From assembly GCA_018303825.1 (NCBI GenBank), contig JAGVXK010000007.1, forward strand, positions 823 to 64,822: a stretch of DNA of 64,000 nt, given 5' to 3'. Within the stretch, counting starts at the first letter, position 1; each line of letters starts with the position of its first letter. The stretch comes from Candidatus Pacearchaeota archaeon (GTDB lineage: Archaea > Nanobdellota > Nanobdellia > Pacearchaeales > GW2011-AR1). Below, piece by piece: positions 9,342 through 18,697 of the stretch. Below the pieces are notes generated by a model. The model ran no database searches, had not been told where the DNA came from, and saw nothing but the letters and a program-made list of their open reading frames with translations. The position numbers and the translations under genes were made by a program.

Positions 9342-9896
9342 TTATTTCTTGCTTTCTTTTATAGCTGCACGAACATTCTTGTTTAATTGCCTCATTGACT
9401 CGTCTAACTGGTCCTTGTTCTTTGTTCCTGTGCAGACAAGCTTTCCATTGCTGAATAATAAGAAGGTGGCTGTTGGCTCAACAAGCTTGTATACTAATCC
9501 AGGGAACTGCTCGGGCTCATATTCTGTGTTTTCTAATGTCAAAGCCAAGATGTTTAGATTAAGACTTAAGTCAATGCTACCAGAAGCGACTATATTCTGG
9601 ACAGTTATTTTTGGTTTTTGTGTAATTCTTACTCCGATTTTAGCTATCTGTCTTATAACTGCATTGATTACTTCCTTGACTTGTGCAACTGACTTTGTGC
9701 CTGTGCATACAAGATTTCCAGAAGAAAAGACGAGAACTGCTGACTTGGGTTTTTTTACTCTTAAAACAAGACCCGGAAATTGCTCTGGATTGTATTCGGT
9801 ATTACTCTGTGTTCTTGCTAATTTTGTCAATGGGACTGGTTTTCCGAGAGAAGTTGTAGCGACAATGTTTTGCACTTTAAGGTCTGTTTTAGTCAT
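9342..9896 (-). CDS. tbp: TATA-box binding protein
   Basis: Two direct repeats QNIVAT/QNIVAS ... EYNPEQFPGLV/EYEPEQFPGLVYK ... LVCTGTK. Confidence 0.92.
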   Translation of the reverse strand: MTKTDLKVQNIVATTSLGKPVPLTKLARTQSNTEYNPEQFPGLVLRVKKPKSAVLVFSSGNLVCTGTKSVAQVKEVINAVIRQIAKIGVRITQKPKITVQNIVASGSIDLSLNLNILALTLENTEYEPEQFPGLVYKLVEPTATFLLFSNGKLVCTGTKNKDQLDESMRQLNKNVRAAIKESKK

Positions 9897-10017
9897 TTTA
9901 GATGTATTTGGGGTTTATAAGGTTTAAAAAGAAAAACGCTTTATAAACCTTTTTAAAGTAAAAGTTCATACTTATAAGTAGGAAAACGTTTATATAATTA
10001 GTATGACTAAATAAGTT

Positions 10018-10263
10018 ATGAGATTTGTAAGAGAAATAGGAGAGAAAGGGCAGGTAGTCATACCTAGAGATATCAGAGATTTACTTGGAGTTAGACCAAA
10101 ACAAAAAATTGTCTTTGAAGTAGAAAACGAGGAAGTCAAGATAAAACAGGAAGAGGATGCTGAAAAGTTTCTGAAGGAATTTTTTAGTCTGCCAAAATTA
10201 AAAAAACCACTTACTTTGAAAGATCTCAAGAAAATAGAGGATGAAAGTTATGATTTACCTTGA
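10018..10263 (+). CDS. vapB: AbrB/SpoVT-type antitoxin (VapB-like)
   Basis: MRFVREIGEKGQVVIPRDIRDLLGV swapped-hairpin motif; overlaps the downstream PIN gene. Confidence 0.7.
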   Translation: MRFVREIGEKGQVVIPRDIRDLLGVRPKQKIVFEVENEEVKIKQEEDAEKFLKEFFSLPKLKKPLTLKDLKKIEDESYDLP

Positions 10264-10648
10264 TTCAAATGTTTTTATTTACGCCGCTTTGAATATGAAG
10301 CCAGTAGCTGATAAATGTATAAAAATAATGAATGATATTGCTAATAAAAAAATAGAGGTATGCACTTCTATTTTAACGTGGGATGAATTTTTTTATTCAA
10401 TAAAAAGAAGCCTAGGGACGGATTACGCAGTATTGGAAAGTGAGAGATTATTAAGATTCTTAAACTTGACCTTTCTTGATGCAAATGTCAATACTATTTT
10501 ACTTGCCCAAAGGCTCAGTACAAGGTATAATATTGGTCCAAGAGATGCTATCCATGCAGCAACTGCAATTGCAAATAAATGTGGCTCAATAATATCAGAT
10601 GATTCTGATTTTGACAAAGTTAAAGAGTTGAAAAGGATTAAGCCTTGA
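10241..10648 (+). CDS. vapC: PIN-domain ribonuclease toxin (VapC-like)
   Basis: N-terminal YLDSNVFIYA, with Asp/Glu pattern and C-terminal IISDDSDF typical of PIN. Confidence 0.7.
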   Translation: MKVMIYLDSNVFIYAALNMKPVADKCIKIMNDIANKKIEVCTSILTWDEFFYSIKRSLGTDYAVLESERLLRFLNLTFLDANVNTILLAQRLSTRYNIGPRDAIHAATAIANKCGSIISDDSDFDKVKELKRIKP

Positions 10649-10681
10649 TTAAAATTTCTTCATTTTTTATCGAAGAAGAAT

Positions 10682-11086
10682 TTACATTCCGACAGGGGAT
10701 CTTGCAAATAGGTGGTTTTGGTTCTTAGAAACACGTTCATTGAATTTCTTTTCCCAGTCTTTTCCAAGGGTTCTCAATACATGCGGTATGTTTGCTTTTC
10801 TAACTTTTTCGAGTCCAATATGCATTCCTGGACTGAATCCAATATCAGTGTAAAAGGCGCGCAATTCAGCCGCTTCTGCCCAGGCAAATCCTGCTTCCAT
10901 CCCCCATTTTCTTTCTTCAGGATTGTTGACATCAAGAACTCCTCTTTGAGTGTATATAGCGTGAGATGCAATTGGCGCTTCTCCTCTTTGCAAACTGTCA
11001 TATAAACAAGCTCTTAGGTATTTTATATTTCTTTCATATTTACCATCAAGGGCAAAAGGAGATTCTACATAGACTCTTTTTATTTT
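10682..11086 (-). CDS. DUF1937-like protein (nucleoside 2-deoxyribosyltransferase-like fold), apparently lacking a canonical start codon
   Basis: The reading frame continues upstream of the annotated TTG as ...KIKRVYVESPFALDGKYERNIKYLRACLYDSLQRGEAPIASHAIYTQ... with no ATG/GTG/TTG in frame. The 5' boundary is uncertain. Confidence 0.4.
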   Translation of the reverse strand, partial: KIKRVYVESPFALDGKYERNIKYLRACLYDSLQRGEAPIASHAIYTQRGVLDVNNPEERKWGMEAGFAWAEAAELRAFYTDIGFSPGMHIGLEKVRKANIPHVLRTLGKDWEKKFNERVSKNQNHLFARSPVGM

Positions 11087-11166
11087 TTCCCTGGAAGAAG
11101 AGTGTTTTAAATGATTGTTGTAACGAAATATAGATAATAGGATAGATAATAGGGAATTACTTTTAT

Positions 11167-12870
11167 TTATCTCCTGCCTTTCTTAACCTCTCTTTTAATT
11201 TCATCTAAGGTGGCAATATCGTTAATGTCTCTGTCTGGGCGAAGACGCAGAATTCTTGGGAAACGCAAGGCAAAACCGCTTGTGTAGGATGGAGATTCCT
11301 GGATGTTTTGATAGCCTATAGAGACAACCATTTCAGGTTTTACTTGAACATGCTTGCCTTCTTCGCTCATGATTAGTTTTTTTAGTTCTTTTGTTAATTC
11401 TACGAAAGATAAGCCTTCCTCTGGCTTTTCCTTTAAACCAGTTGAGGCTTTTCCTATTTCCAATAATTTTCCTTCTTTTGTTTTGCATGAAAGGTCAAAG
11501 CTTGTGAGCCAGCCTGCTCTTTTTCCTGTGCCATATTCTGCTCCCGTAATTACAAGATCGAATTCTTCAGGGTTTGGTTTTATTTTAACAGCATAACCTA
11601 TTCTTGCCCCAGGCTTGTAAATAGCTTCTAGGTTTTTAGCCATTAGGCCTTCTTGCCCGTCTTCTAATGCTTTTTCATAGAAAGATTCTGCTTTTTCATC
11701 ACTATCTGTTATAATCTGCTCAGCTAGTCTGATTTGGAATGCAGAGGGTTTGATTATTTTTTCAATTATTTTTCTTCTTTCCTTAAATGGAGAATCTATT
11801 AGGCTTTCCCCGTTATAATAGATTACATCAAATACATTAAGTTCAATTGGAAGTTCTTTTTCTAATTTATCAATATCATATTTTCTCTTTATTCTTTGAG
11901 AAATATCTTGAAATGGTCTATATTTTTTTGTTTTTGGGTCGTAGCCTACTGCTTCGCAGTCTATAATGAATGTTTTGGCATTTACATGTTCTTTTACATA
12001 TTTCACAGCATCTTGAAATTGTTTTGTTACGTTATCGAGCCTTCTTGTAAAAATAGATATTTTCTCATCATCTGATTTATTTATCATCATCCTGAACCCA
12101 TCATACTTATATTCAAATGCCGCCGGTTTTCCGACTATTTCAAAGGCATCCTTGATATCTTTTGCTTTTGGATAAAGCATTACTTTTACAGGTTTTCCAG
12201 GGGAAAGAGAAACAGAGGAAAGTGCTTTTTCACCTTTCAAAGCCAGGGAAAATACTTCTGCAAAGTCTGTTGCTTTATCATATGCGTTTTGAATTAAATT
12301 TGCCTTTTGTCTTTTTTCTTCAATGTCTTTTGGGGAGAAGCATGATTCAGCTATTGAATCTCTAAGTATGCCTGAGCCAAGACCTATTTTTAAATCATTT
12401 AGCAATGTGCGAATAATGTATTTTGCTTCAATTGGAGAACTAGCATGAAGGAGTTCTATAATTATATTCATTTTCTTTTCAACTGTTCCTTTTCCTTCTA
12501 ATTCGGGTAGCTTTCTTAGACTTTCAAGAACTTTTTGAGTTGTCAATTTGCTTGAAAATAAAGATGATTGTTTCTTTTTTGCTAGAAGAAGCTCGGCTAC
12601 TTTTCCTAAATCGCCTAATTTTCTGAATTCGCTGACCACAACAGATTCTTTGATTCCAGTTGCTTTTGCTATCGCTTTTATAGCCAATTGTTCAGATATG
12701 CCTGATTCACGTTCATCATAATCAGGGAAGAATCTTCCTTGAAGAAGATAGATTATTTCTGGCTCATTTTTAATCTTTTTTAGGAAATTTGCGATTAATG
12801 TTTTTTTTTCTAGTCCTTTTGTTGTCTTTGATAGAGATTCATAGACTTCTGCTAGTTTTGAGTATTGCAT
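11167..12870 (-). CDS. lig: ATP-dependent DNA ligase
   Basis: Adenylation motif EYKYDGFR (KxDGxR), 567 aa, archaeal Lig domain order. Confidence 0.88.
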   Translation of the reverse strand: MQYSKLAEVYESLSKTTKGLEKKTLIANFLKKIKNEPEIIYLLQGRFFPDYDERESGISEQLAIKAIAKATGIKESVVVSEFRKLGDLGKVAELLLAKKKQSSLFSSKLTTQKVLESLRKLPELEGKGTVEKKMNIIIELLHASSPIEAKYIIRTLLNDLKIGLGSGILRDSIAESCFSPKDIEEKRQKANLIQNAYDKATDFAEVFSLALKGEKALSSVSLSPGKPVKVMLYPKAKDIKDAFEIVGKPAAFEYKYDGFRMMINKSDDEKISIFTRRLDNVTKQFQDAVKYVKEHVNAKTFIIDCEAVGYDPKTKKYRPFQDISQRIKRKYDIDKLEKELPIELNVFDVIYYNGESLIDSPFKERRKIIEKIIKPSAFQIRLAEQIITDSDEKAESFYEKALEDGQEGLMAKNLEAIYKPGARIGYAVKIKPNPEEFDLVITGAEYGTGKRAGWLTSFDLSCKTKEGKLLEIGKASTGLKEKPEEGLSFVELTKELKKLIMSEEGKHVQVKPEMVVSIGYQNIQESPSYTSGFALRFPRILRLRPDRDINDIATLDEIKREVKKGRR

Positions 12871-12890
12871 GATATAAAAGAGGAAAAGGG

Positions 12891-13154
12891 TTATTTAACC
12901 TTTTTCAAATAAAGCCTGAGATTGTCAAATGCCTTTGCTTCTAGAGTTTGGAGAGCAGTATTGGAAATTCCCATTATTTTAGCTACTTCTTGTCGTGTTC
13001 TGATTGTTTTTCCACCTGCGTTGAACAGGTAATAAATAGTTAGGTCCATCCTGGGATCGGTTGGTTTTCCGAATATGGCTTCTGGACGTATTCCTGATAA
13101 CATTGCTTGATAGAATTCTCTAACCAATTGAACTTTAGCTGTCTTGTAAATCAT
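12891..13154 (-). CDS. Small HTH protein resembling sigma-70 region 4
   Basis: GKTIRTRQEVAKIMGISNTALQTLEAKAFDNLR parallels the sigma r4 consensus (T..E.A..LG.S...V.QIEAKAL.KLR). Confidence 0.45.
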   Translation of the reverse strand: MIYKTAKVQLVREFYQAMLSGIRPEAIFGKPTDPRMDLTIYYLFNAGGKTIRTRQEVAKIMGISNTALQTLEAKAFDNLRLYLKKVK

Positions 13155-13203
13155 TTCTTTTATGAATAAGCTTGTTTTTTAAGTCTTTCTAATCTGTTTT
13201 TTA

Positions 13204-13887
13204 TTAAATCCAACCTTTTTTCCTCAAACCACTTTCGGTTATTTCAAAGTCCAATCGCTTCTGAGGAAGGGACCTGTGTTTTATCAAAGTAGCTGACCTT
13301 TTTCCATTATTGTTCTCAAGAAGGATATGGCACTTCCCCCAATATCTTAGAATGTCTCCGCCTACCATTTTAGATTCTTCTTCCCATTTATAGACTTGAT
13401 TTGTGACAAGAACAGGAAGGTCTCTTTTTCTTGCTATTTCTGCCAAAGTTCTCATTTGTTTTACAAGTTCTGAATTTATAGATTGAATGTTTTGGTTATT
13501 TTCTTTGGCACTCGCTAGTTCTAATCTGTATAATATAGTCATACCATCTACTATTATCAAAGATACCTCATCTTTCAATGATTTTAGGAGCTCTTCGAAT
13601 GCCTTTTTTTGTTCATTGAAGTTAGTAGGTTTTAGAAGGAGGATATTTTTTAAAACTTCTTTATAACTTTCCAGAGAAATTTGTTTTATTCTTTCGCTTG
13701 AGAATCCTCCCTCAGTATCTATGTATATCACTTTGTTTCCTTTTTTTGCCTGGCTTACAGTAGCAAGGAGGCAGAAGTTGGTCTTTCCAGTTCCAGAATC
13801 TCCGTAAATTACTGTTATTATGTCAGTTTCATATCCGCCAAAAAGCCATTTGTTTAAATCATAGTTTCCAGCTGATATCTTTGTCAT
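13204..13887 (-). CDS. radB: RecA-superfamily ATPase, RadB/KaiC-like (short, no N-terminal HhH domain)
   Basis: Walker A GDSGTGKTNFCL, GGYETDIITVIYG, Walker B IIVD; 227 aa. Confidence 0.65.
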   Translation of the reverse strand: MTKISAGNYDLNKWLFGGYETDIITVIYGDSGTGKTNFCLLATVSQAKKGNKVIYIDTEGGFSSERIKQISLESYKEVLKNILLLKPTNFNEQKKAFEELLKSLKDEVSLIIVDGMTILYRLELASAKENNQNIQSINSELVKQMRTLAEIARKRDLPVLVTNQVYKWEEESKMVGGDILRYWGKCHILLENNNGKRSATLIKHRSLPQKRLDFEITESGLRKKGWI

Positions 13888-13938
13888 TTAAATAAACAAG
13901 TTAAATCATATATAAAGATAGTTATGATAGTAAGAATA

Positions 13939-14121
13939 TTATTTTCTTCTTAGTTTGCTTTTTTCAGGAGTATCGTGATATTGCTTATGCAACAGTGAAT
14001 GAATAAATATTACTAGGGCGGTCAGGAGAATCATCCATTTTGAAAAACTTGCCTGCCAAAACGCAAATATAATTATTACTGCAGAAAGCAATGCATTTGT
14101 TAAACCACAGTTACACCTCAT
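13939..14121 (-). CDS. Small membrane protein
   Basis: 60 aa with two hydrophobic segments. Confidence 0.3.
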   Translation of the reverse strand: MRCNCGLTNALLSAVIIIFAFWQASFSKWMILLTALVIFIHSLLHKQYHDTPEKSKLRRK

Positions 14122-14259
14122 TTTTATCCCTCACCTGAAATAGATATTGCAAATCAACTTAATAAACTTTGCGGATTTTTGCCGAGCGCGACATAATTAG
14201 CTATTACACTGGCAATTAAGCGGGACATGTCAATTTGATTGAGATTAATTTTAAAAGAA

Positions 14260-14511
14260 TTATTTCTTTTTTGCAATGGAGGCTATTTTGTCCAAGTCTT
14301 TCTTTATAGTCGATACTGCGTCAGAAACTGATTTTTTAACATTTGAGGATTGTATTTTCATGATTAAGGGCTTGAATGGGTGCTCCCTTCTCCAAACTGC
14401 AAGGTCTATTTCCTGCTCATTCAAATAGATTCTTAGAATCTCAGCAATGGTGAGATTATCTATTTTCAACTCAACATCATTCTTCTCTGTTTTAATGATT
14501 TCCAAGTTCAT
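14260..14511 (-). CDS. rpoL: DNA-directed RNA polymerase subunit L (Rpo11)
   Basis: VELKIDNLTIAEILRIYLNEQ...WRREHPFKP matches Rpb11/RpoL family. Confidence 0.75.
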   Translation of the reverse strand: MNLEIIKTEKNDVELKIDNLTIAEILRIYLNEQEIDLAVWRREHPFKPLIMKIQSSNVKKSVSDAVSTIKKDLDKIASIAKKK

Positions 14512-14564
14512 ATTAAGAGGGATTTTAGAAGATTTATAAACTTAACTACTGGACCAAATTAAGA

Positions 14565-15125
14565 TTAATCTATGATTTCTATGTCTGAACCTGAAGTGGA
14601 AATGTTCTGGTTTTTAGCCTTTTGTTCGTCCTGTTCTCTTTTCTGCTCTCGAGGTTCTGTTTCTGAATGGAGAGCTTTTGAGCGGAAGGAGTCTTGGTAG
14701 TTAATATTGCCCTTTCTTAAGTTGATTCCATAGAATTTTTCCAATTTGTTTATCAGAACAAAGTCCCTTGAGGGGAGAACACCATTTTCAATAATTTTGA
14801 TGTCTGCTTCAGATACATTCAGCGACTGAGCCAGTTGTTTTCTTGTGATGTTTTTTGACTTCCTTTTTTCCAATAAAGTCCAGTGAAAGTTGTCTATGAG
14901 TTCTGAGAGAATAGGGTCTTTCGTATACCTTAATGGCTTTCTAAAATCGTCAAAAAGAGCTCTTTTCTCGTCCCTTTCCCTCTTTTTCCAGCCGGGAAGT
15001 GATTGAGAAGGTTCTGGGGTTGCAGGCTCAACTTTTTTCAGAATGAATAAATTTTCTTTTTTTGCATATTCTTCAGAAACGCGGACAATCTTTCCCTCTT
15101 CAATTGCATCAACATAATTCATCAA
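14565..15125 (-). CDS. HTH XRE-family protein, MBF1-like C-terminal domain
   Basis: ITRKQLAQSLNVSEADIKIIENGVLPSRDFVLINKLEKFYGINL resembles the MBF1 HTH; no N-terminal zinc ribbon. Confidence 0.45.
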   Translation of the reverse strand: MMNYVDAIEEGKIVRVSEEYAKKENLFILKKVEPATPEPSQSLPGWKKRERDEKRALFDDFRKPLRYTKDPILSELIDNFHWTLLEKRKSKNITRKQLAQSLNVSEADIKIIENGVLPSRDFVLINKLEKFYGINLRKGNINYQDSFRSKALHSETEPREQKREQDEQKAKNQNISTSGSDIEIID

Positions 15126-15146
15126 GATGAGTGTTTATAGGGGTTT

Positions 15147-15815
15147 TTATTTATTATTGCTTTGGAAAACTATGTTTTCAAGCCCATTAAATGTGGGCAA
15201 GCTTCTTATTACCATACTTTCATCAATTATTATTACTGGAGAATTTGTCACATTATATTCTTCTTTTATTAAGTTTATTGATTCTATGTTTAGATTTGCC
15301 GCAATAGGAATTAGAAGTGTCTCCTGCGGATACTTGTATTTGAAGTCTAAAAGGAGATTGCTCATTGCTATTTGCTCCGCCTTTTTGCTTATATCTCTTG
15401 TATCATAATCATATAAATAAACTATAGTGTGAAAATCGCTATGGCATTTGCTTCTTATCTTCATACTATTGGTCCATAACAAAATTCTCAATAAATCATA
15501 TCTTTTGTGGAAAATTGTCAATGTGTCTTTCATCTTGCTCGCAGAATCGTATTTTTCCAGCCTTAAGGCCTCTTCATATATTTTGTCTGCAAAGTTGAAT
15601 GTGCTGTTTTTTGCCAAATTGCACGAAATATTGAATTCCTGGATTGCATTTTCTTTTAATTGTTCATCCAAAAGGTTTATTTCTGAATCTAGGAGAACAT
15701 TTTGTATATTGTCTGCTCTCGCGTTTTCAACAAAAATTCCCACGAGAAGCCCAATTAAAAAGACCGCTAGTGTGAAAAAGAAGGCCATCCAAAATGCATG
15801 CTTTGTATTTACCAT
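15147..15815 (-). CDS. Membrane-anchored hypothetical protein; overlaps upstream GT2 gene by 7 nt
   Basis: N-terminal TM AFWMAFFFTLAVFLIGLLVGIF followed by a soluble domain; likely co-transcribed with the glycosyltransferase. Confidence 0.45.
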   Translation of the reverse strand: MVNTKHAFWMAFFFTLAVFLIGLLVGIFVENARADNIQNVLLDSEINLLDEQLKENAIQEFNISCNLAKNSTFNFADKIYEEALRLEKYDSASKMKDTLTIFHKRYDLLRILLWTNSMKIRSKCHSDFHTIVYLYDYDTRDISKKAEQIAMSNLLLDFKYKYPQETLLIPIAANLNIESINLIKEEYNVTNSPVIIIDESMVIRSLPTFNGLENIVFQSNNK

Positions 15816-17041
15816 TTGTATATTCCCCTAATCATTTTTGACTTTGAATCTATCATTATTAATGGATAGATAAATGAATATATGAATAAAAACATTATGA
15901 TATTTAAAACATTCCTCTTTTTTGGTTCTAGATATCTCATTATTCCAAGTGAGAAGAAAGTCATCCATAAACCTAGAATAAATAATGCTATTCCAAAATA
16001 GCTCATTATGGATGGAGCCACTGCCAAATCTCTTAATGTCAGAAGAGAAGCGCTTGCGAATAAGGAATATTTAGTTACCAAATAATATATTGAAATATTC
16101 TTTATTATCATGAAAATGAACAGGAATATGCCCAGTATGCTCAGAATTAATGATATGGCAAAATAAGGAATAATGAAATTTCCCAGCATTCCCTTCTTGA
16201 ATATCAATGATTTGTATTTTAGCAGGGTTTGTGTCCCCCCTATATTCCATCTGTTTCTCTGATTCCACCAGTCCTTGAATTTATATGGCGTTTCAGTATG
16301 TGCCTTTGCCGCCAGAGACATTCTGGCTTTATATCCTTTTGACAAAAGACGCCAGACCATTTCTATATCTTGTGTCAGATTTGATGGGTCGAATAAGCCT
16401 GCTTTTATTACTGCTTCTTTTCTATACATCGCAAATGCCCCCGGGGTTACATAAACTGAATCTACCAAATCCAGGATTTTTCTGAATAAGGAAGTTATGT
16501 CATATTCTATGGCCTGCATTTTCTGAATCCAGGAATTTTGGTGTCTTGTTAAAATAGAGCCAGTTACTGCCGCTACTTTTTCATCTTCCTGAAGAAGGCC
16601 AAGCATTTTTTTTATTGAGCCAGGATCAGGGTATGTTTCTGCGTCAAGGGTTATTGCATATTTGCTTTTTGCGCTTTTAATCCCTATGTTTGTAGGAATG
16701 GCTGCCCCTCCAGAATTCTTTTTTGAGGTGATAAGCATTATATTTTTAAATTTTGCAATATATTTTTTTATTATTTCTATGGAATTATCTTTAGAGCAGT
16801 CATCTACTATTATTATCTCGATTAATGATTGGGGATAATCCAGCTTTTGCAAGCATTCCAGGGTTTTTCCTATATGCTCTGCTTCATTATAGCAGGGAAT
16901 GACTATGCTTACTGGTTCTAATTTGCATTTTGGATGTTCAAATATCTTTTTTCTATTTAGGATATAGACAAAAAAGAATAAAGAAAGCATGTAAAGTCCT
17001 GCAAATGTATAAATCAGGAAAACTATATCTATTAAATCCAT
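15809..17041 (-). CDS. Processive family-2 glycosyltransferase (NodC/HasA/cellulose-synthase-like)
   Basis: IVIPCYNE...IIVDDCSKDNS (DxD region) and QRNRW (QxxRW) motif, plus multiple C-terminal TM helices. Confidence 0.7.
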   Translation of the reverse strand: MDLIDIVFLIYTFAGLYMLSLFFFVYILNRKKIFEHPKCKLEPVSIVIPCYNEAEHIGKTLECLQKLDYPQSLIEIIIVDDCSKDNSIEIIKKYIAKFKNIMLITSKKNSGGAAIPTNIGIKSAKSKYAITLDAETYPDPGSIKKMLGLLQEDEKVAAVTGSILTRHQNSWIQKMQAIEYDITSLFRKILDLVDSVYVTPGAFAMYRKEAVIKAGLFDPSNLTQDIEMVWRLLSKGYKARMSLAAKAHTETPYKFKDWWNQRNRWNIGGTQTLLKYKSLIFKKGMLGNFIIPYFAISLILSILGIFLFIFMIIKNISIYYLVTKYSLFASASLLTLRDLAVAPSIMSYFGIALFILGLWMTFFSLGIMRYLEPKKRNVLNIIMFLFIYSFIYPLIMIDSKSKMIRGIYKW

Positions 17042-17043
17042 TT

Positions 17044-17715
17044 TTATGTAGTAGATTTATTTTCTACTTCTTTGTTTTCTATATTTTTCTTTTCGTTAAT
17101 TTCTTGCTTGCTGGTATTTTCTTCATTGGCAGTTTCTTCTTTTTTATTGCTTTCTTCCTGCTTGCCTGCTGTTTGTTGGTTGCTTGTTGCTTCAGGGGTT
17201 TGCTTTGCTTCTATGGTTTTATTGCCGACATTGAAATAATCATAGAAACTTTCATGCAATGTCAGTTCTGCTGTATGGCCCAGCTTTCTTTTTGATATTA
17301 AGCCAAGTTCAACAAATTTTTTTATATGGTCATAGGCTTTATTCCCTCGGATTTTTACAAGTATAGATTGCTTCATCGGCTGTTTATATGCGATAATGGC
17401 CAGGGTTTCCTGCTCTGCTTTTGAAAACTCGCTTGAACCTGTGGCAAGTTTATTTACAAGATAGGTATAATCTGGGGAGACGTCCATTTTCCAAAGATTA
17501 TCTTTATTTATCAATGAGAGACCTGTTTCTCTGTATTTATCTGATAGGTCTTCTAGGACTTTTTTTAACAAAATGGGATTGACATCAGTAAGGGAGACGA
17601 GCTCTTGCAAGGAAAGGAATCTTCCAGCTATGAACAGCGCTGCCTCTATTTTCTTGGCGCTTTCTGCCTCGGCGATGTCATCGAGGTCGTCTATACCTTC
17701 CCTACTAATCTCCAT
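17044..17715 (-). CDS. scpB: Segregation and condensation protein B (ScpB-like)
   Basis: AALFIAGRFLSLQEL and second wH repeat AIIAYKQPMKQS; tandem winged helices. Confidence 0.6.
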   Translation of the reverse strand: MEISREGIDDLDDIAEAESAKKIEAALFIAGRFLSLQELVSLTDVNPILLKKVLEDLSDKYRETGLSLINKDNLWKMDVSPDYTYLVNKLATGSSEFSKAEQETLAIIAYKQPMKQSILVKIRGNKAYDHIKKFVELGLISKRKLGHTAELTLHESFYDYFNVGNKTIEAKQTPEATSNQQTAGKQEESNKKEETANEENTSKQEINEKKNIENKEVENKSTT

Positions 17716-17869
17716 ATTAGGGGGATATCGTGTGGGAATTTAAAGGTTATTATACTATCTTAACTAAGAGATTTCTGGAATTGCTTACAGCAAACAAACA
17801 CATGATTATTTGTTTCTACATGTTATTTATCATACAAATCATTTTAAATATAGGAAAATTGCTAAAAAA

Positions 17870-18268
17870 ATGGCAGACAAATTAATTAAAAGAAAGCTGA
17901 AATTTGGCAAAGAATACAAGATCGTTAGTTTGGGATTGAGATATGATAGAATATATTTGGCCAGAGTGGAAGGCGCTGAAGGAGAATATCATTGTTTTGC
18001 TGGAATTACCGATAGAGAGCATAAGTTACCGCGTATTCATAATTCAAAGATAGTTCCTGATGAATATGAAAGATTTCCAGATAGAGTTATGATAGAAGCC
18101 ATAAAGGAGGGAGATTTTATGATCAAAGGTTTAGAAATAGTTGTTAAATCTAAAGCAAGGACCATATTAGTTGGGTTTGAACATCTTAGTTGTGGCGTTA
18201 CCTCGCCTATGGGCGCTAATGCTGAGATGTGTCTAAGACTGATGAAAATCTTAAAGAAAGACAAATAG
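17870..18268 (+). CDS. Hypothetical protein
   Basis: ORF 17810..18268; the internal Met MADKLIKRK at 17870 looks the more plausible start. Confidence 0.35.
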   Translation: MADKLIKRKLKFGKEYKIVSLGLRYDRIYLARVEGAEGEYHCFAGITDREHKLPRIHNSKIVPDEYERFPDRVMIEAIKEGDFMIKGLEIVVKSKARTILVGFEHLSCGVTSPMGANAEMCLRLMKILKKDK

Positions 18269-18342
18269 TTTCTTGGCTTATTTGAGAAAAGTTATCAAGT
18301 ATTACATAAAACTTTATATATGTCAAATTTATTCTAAAATTT

Positions 18343-18654
18343 ATGGTAAATTATACGGCGGAAGATGGATTAAATGTATTAAACTATCTTGGAATTACGA
18401 GGATTACAGATAAGGAAAAAGCAGTTTTTAGGGAGAAGTGGAATAATTTATATCAAAGTAAGAAGCAGGATATAATAGGAACAGTCTGGACTTTGTATGC
18501 AGAAGTTTTGCCGTTTATATGCGGGGAGGGTGACAGAGGTTCATTTGTAGTTGCTCAAATGAGGGATTCTGATTTTGGCAGAAGATTGGAAACTACTGGG
18601 CTTGACAGGAAATTAGGGGAAGGAATTTTACTTGAACAAATTCTGAAAGAATGA
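18343..18654 (+). CDS. Hypothetical protein
   Basis: 103-aa ORF. Confidence 0.3.
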   Translation: MVNYTAEDGLNVLNYLGITRITDKEKAVFREKWNNLYQSKKQDIIGTVWTLYAEVLPFICGEGDRGSFVVAQMRDSDFGRRLETTGLDRKLGEGILLEQILKE

Positions 18655-18697
18655 CCACATAAATTTTATAAGATTGTTTAGGGCAAACAATCACCGG

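Noticed and set aside
10018-10648. VapBC as a novel system
   Set aside because: It is a standard AbrB-type antitoxin plus PIN toxin pair, common in archaea.
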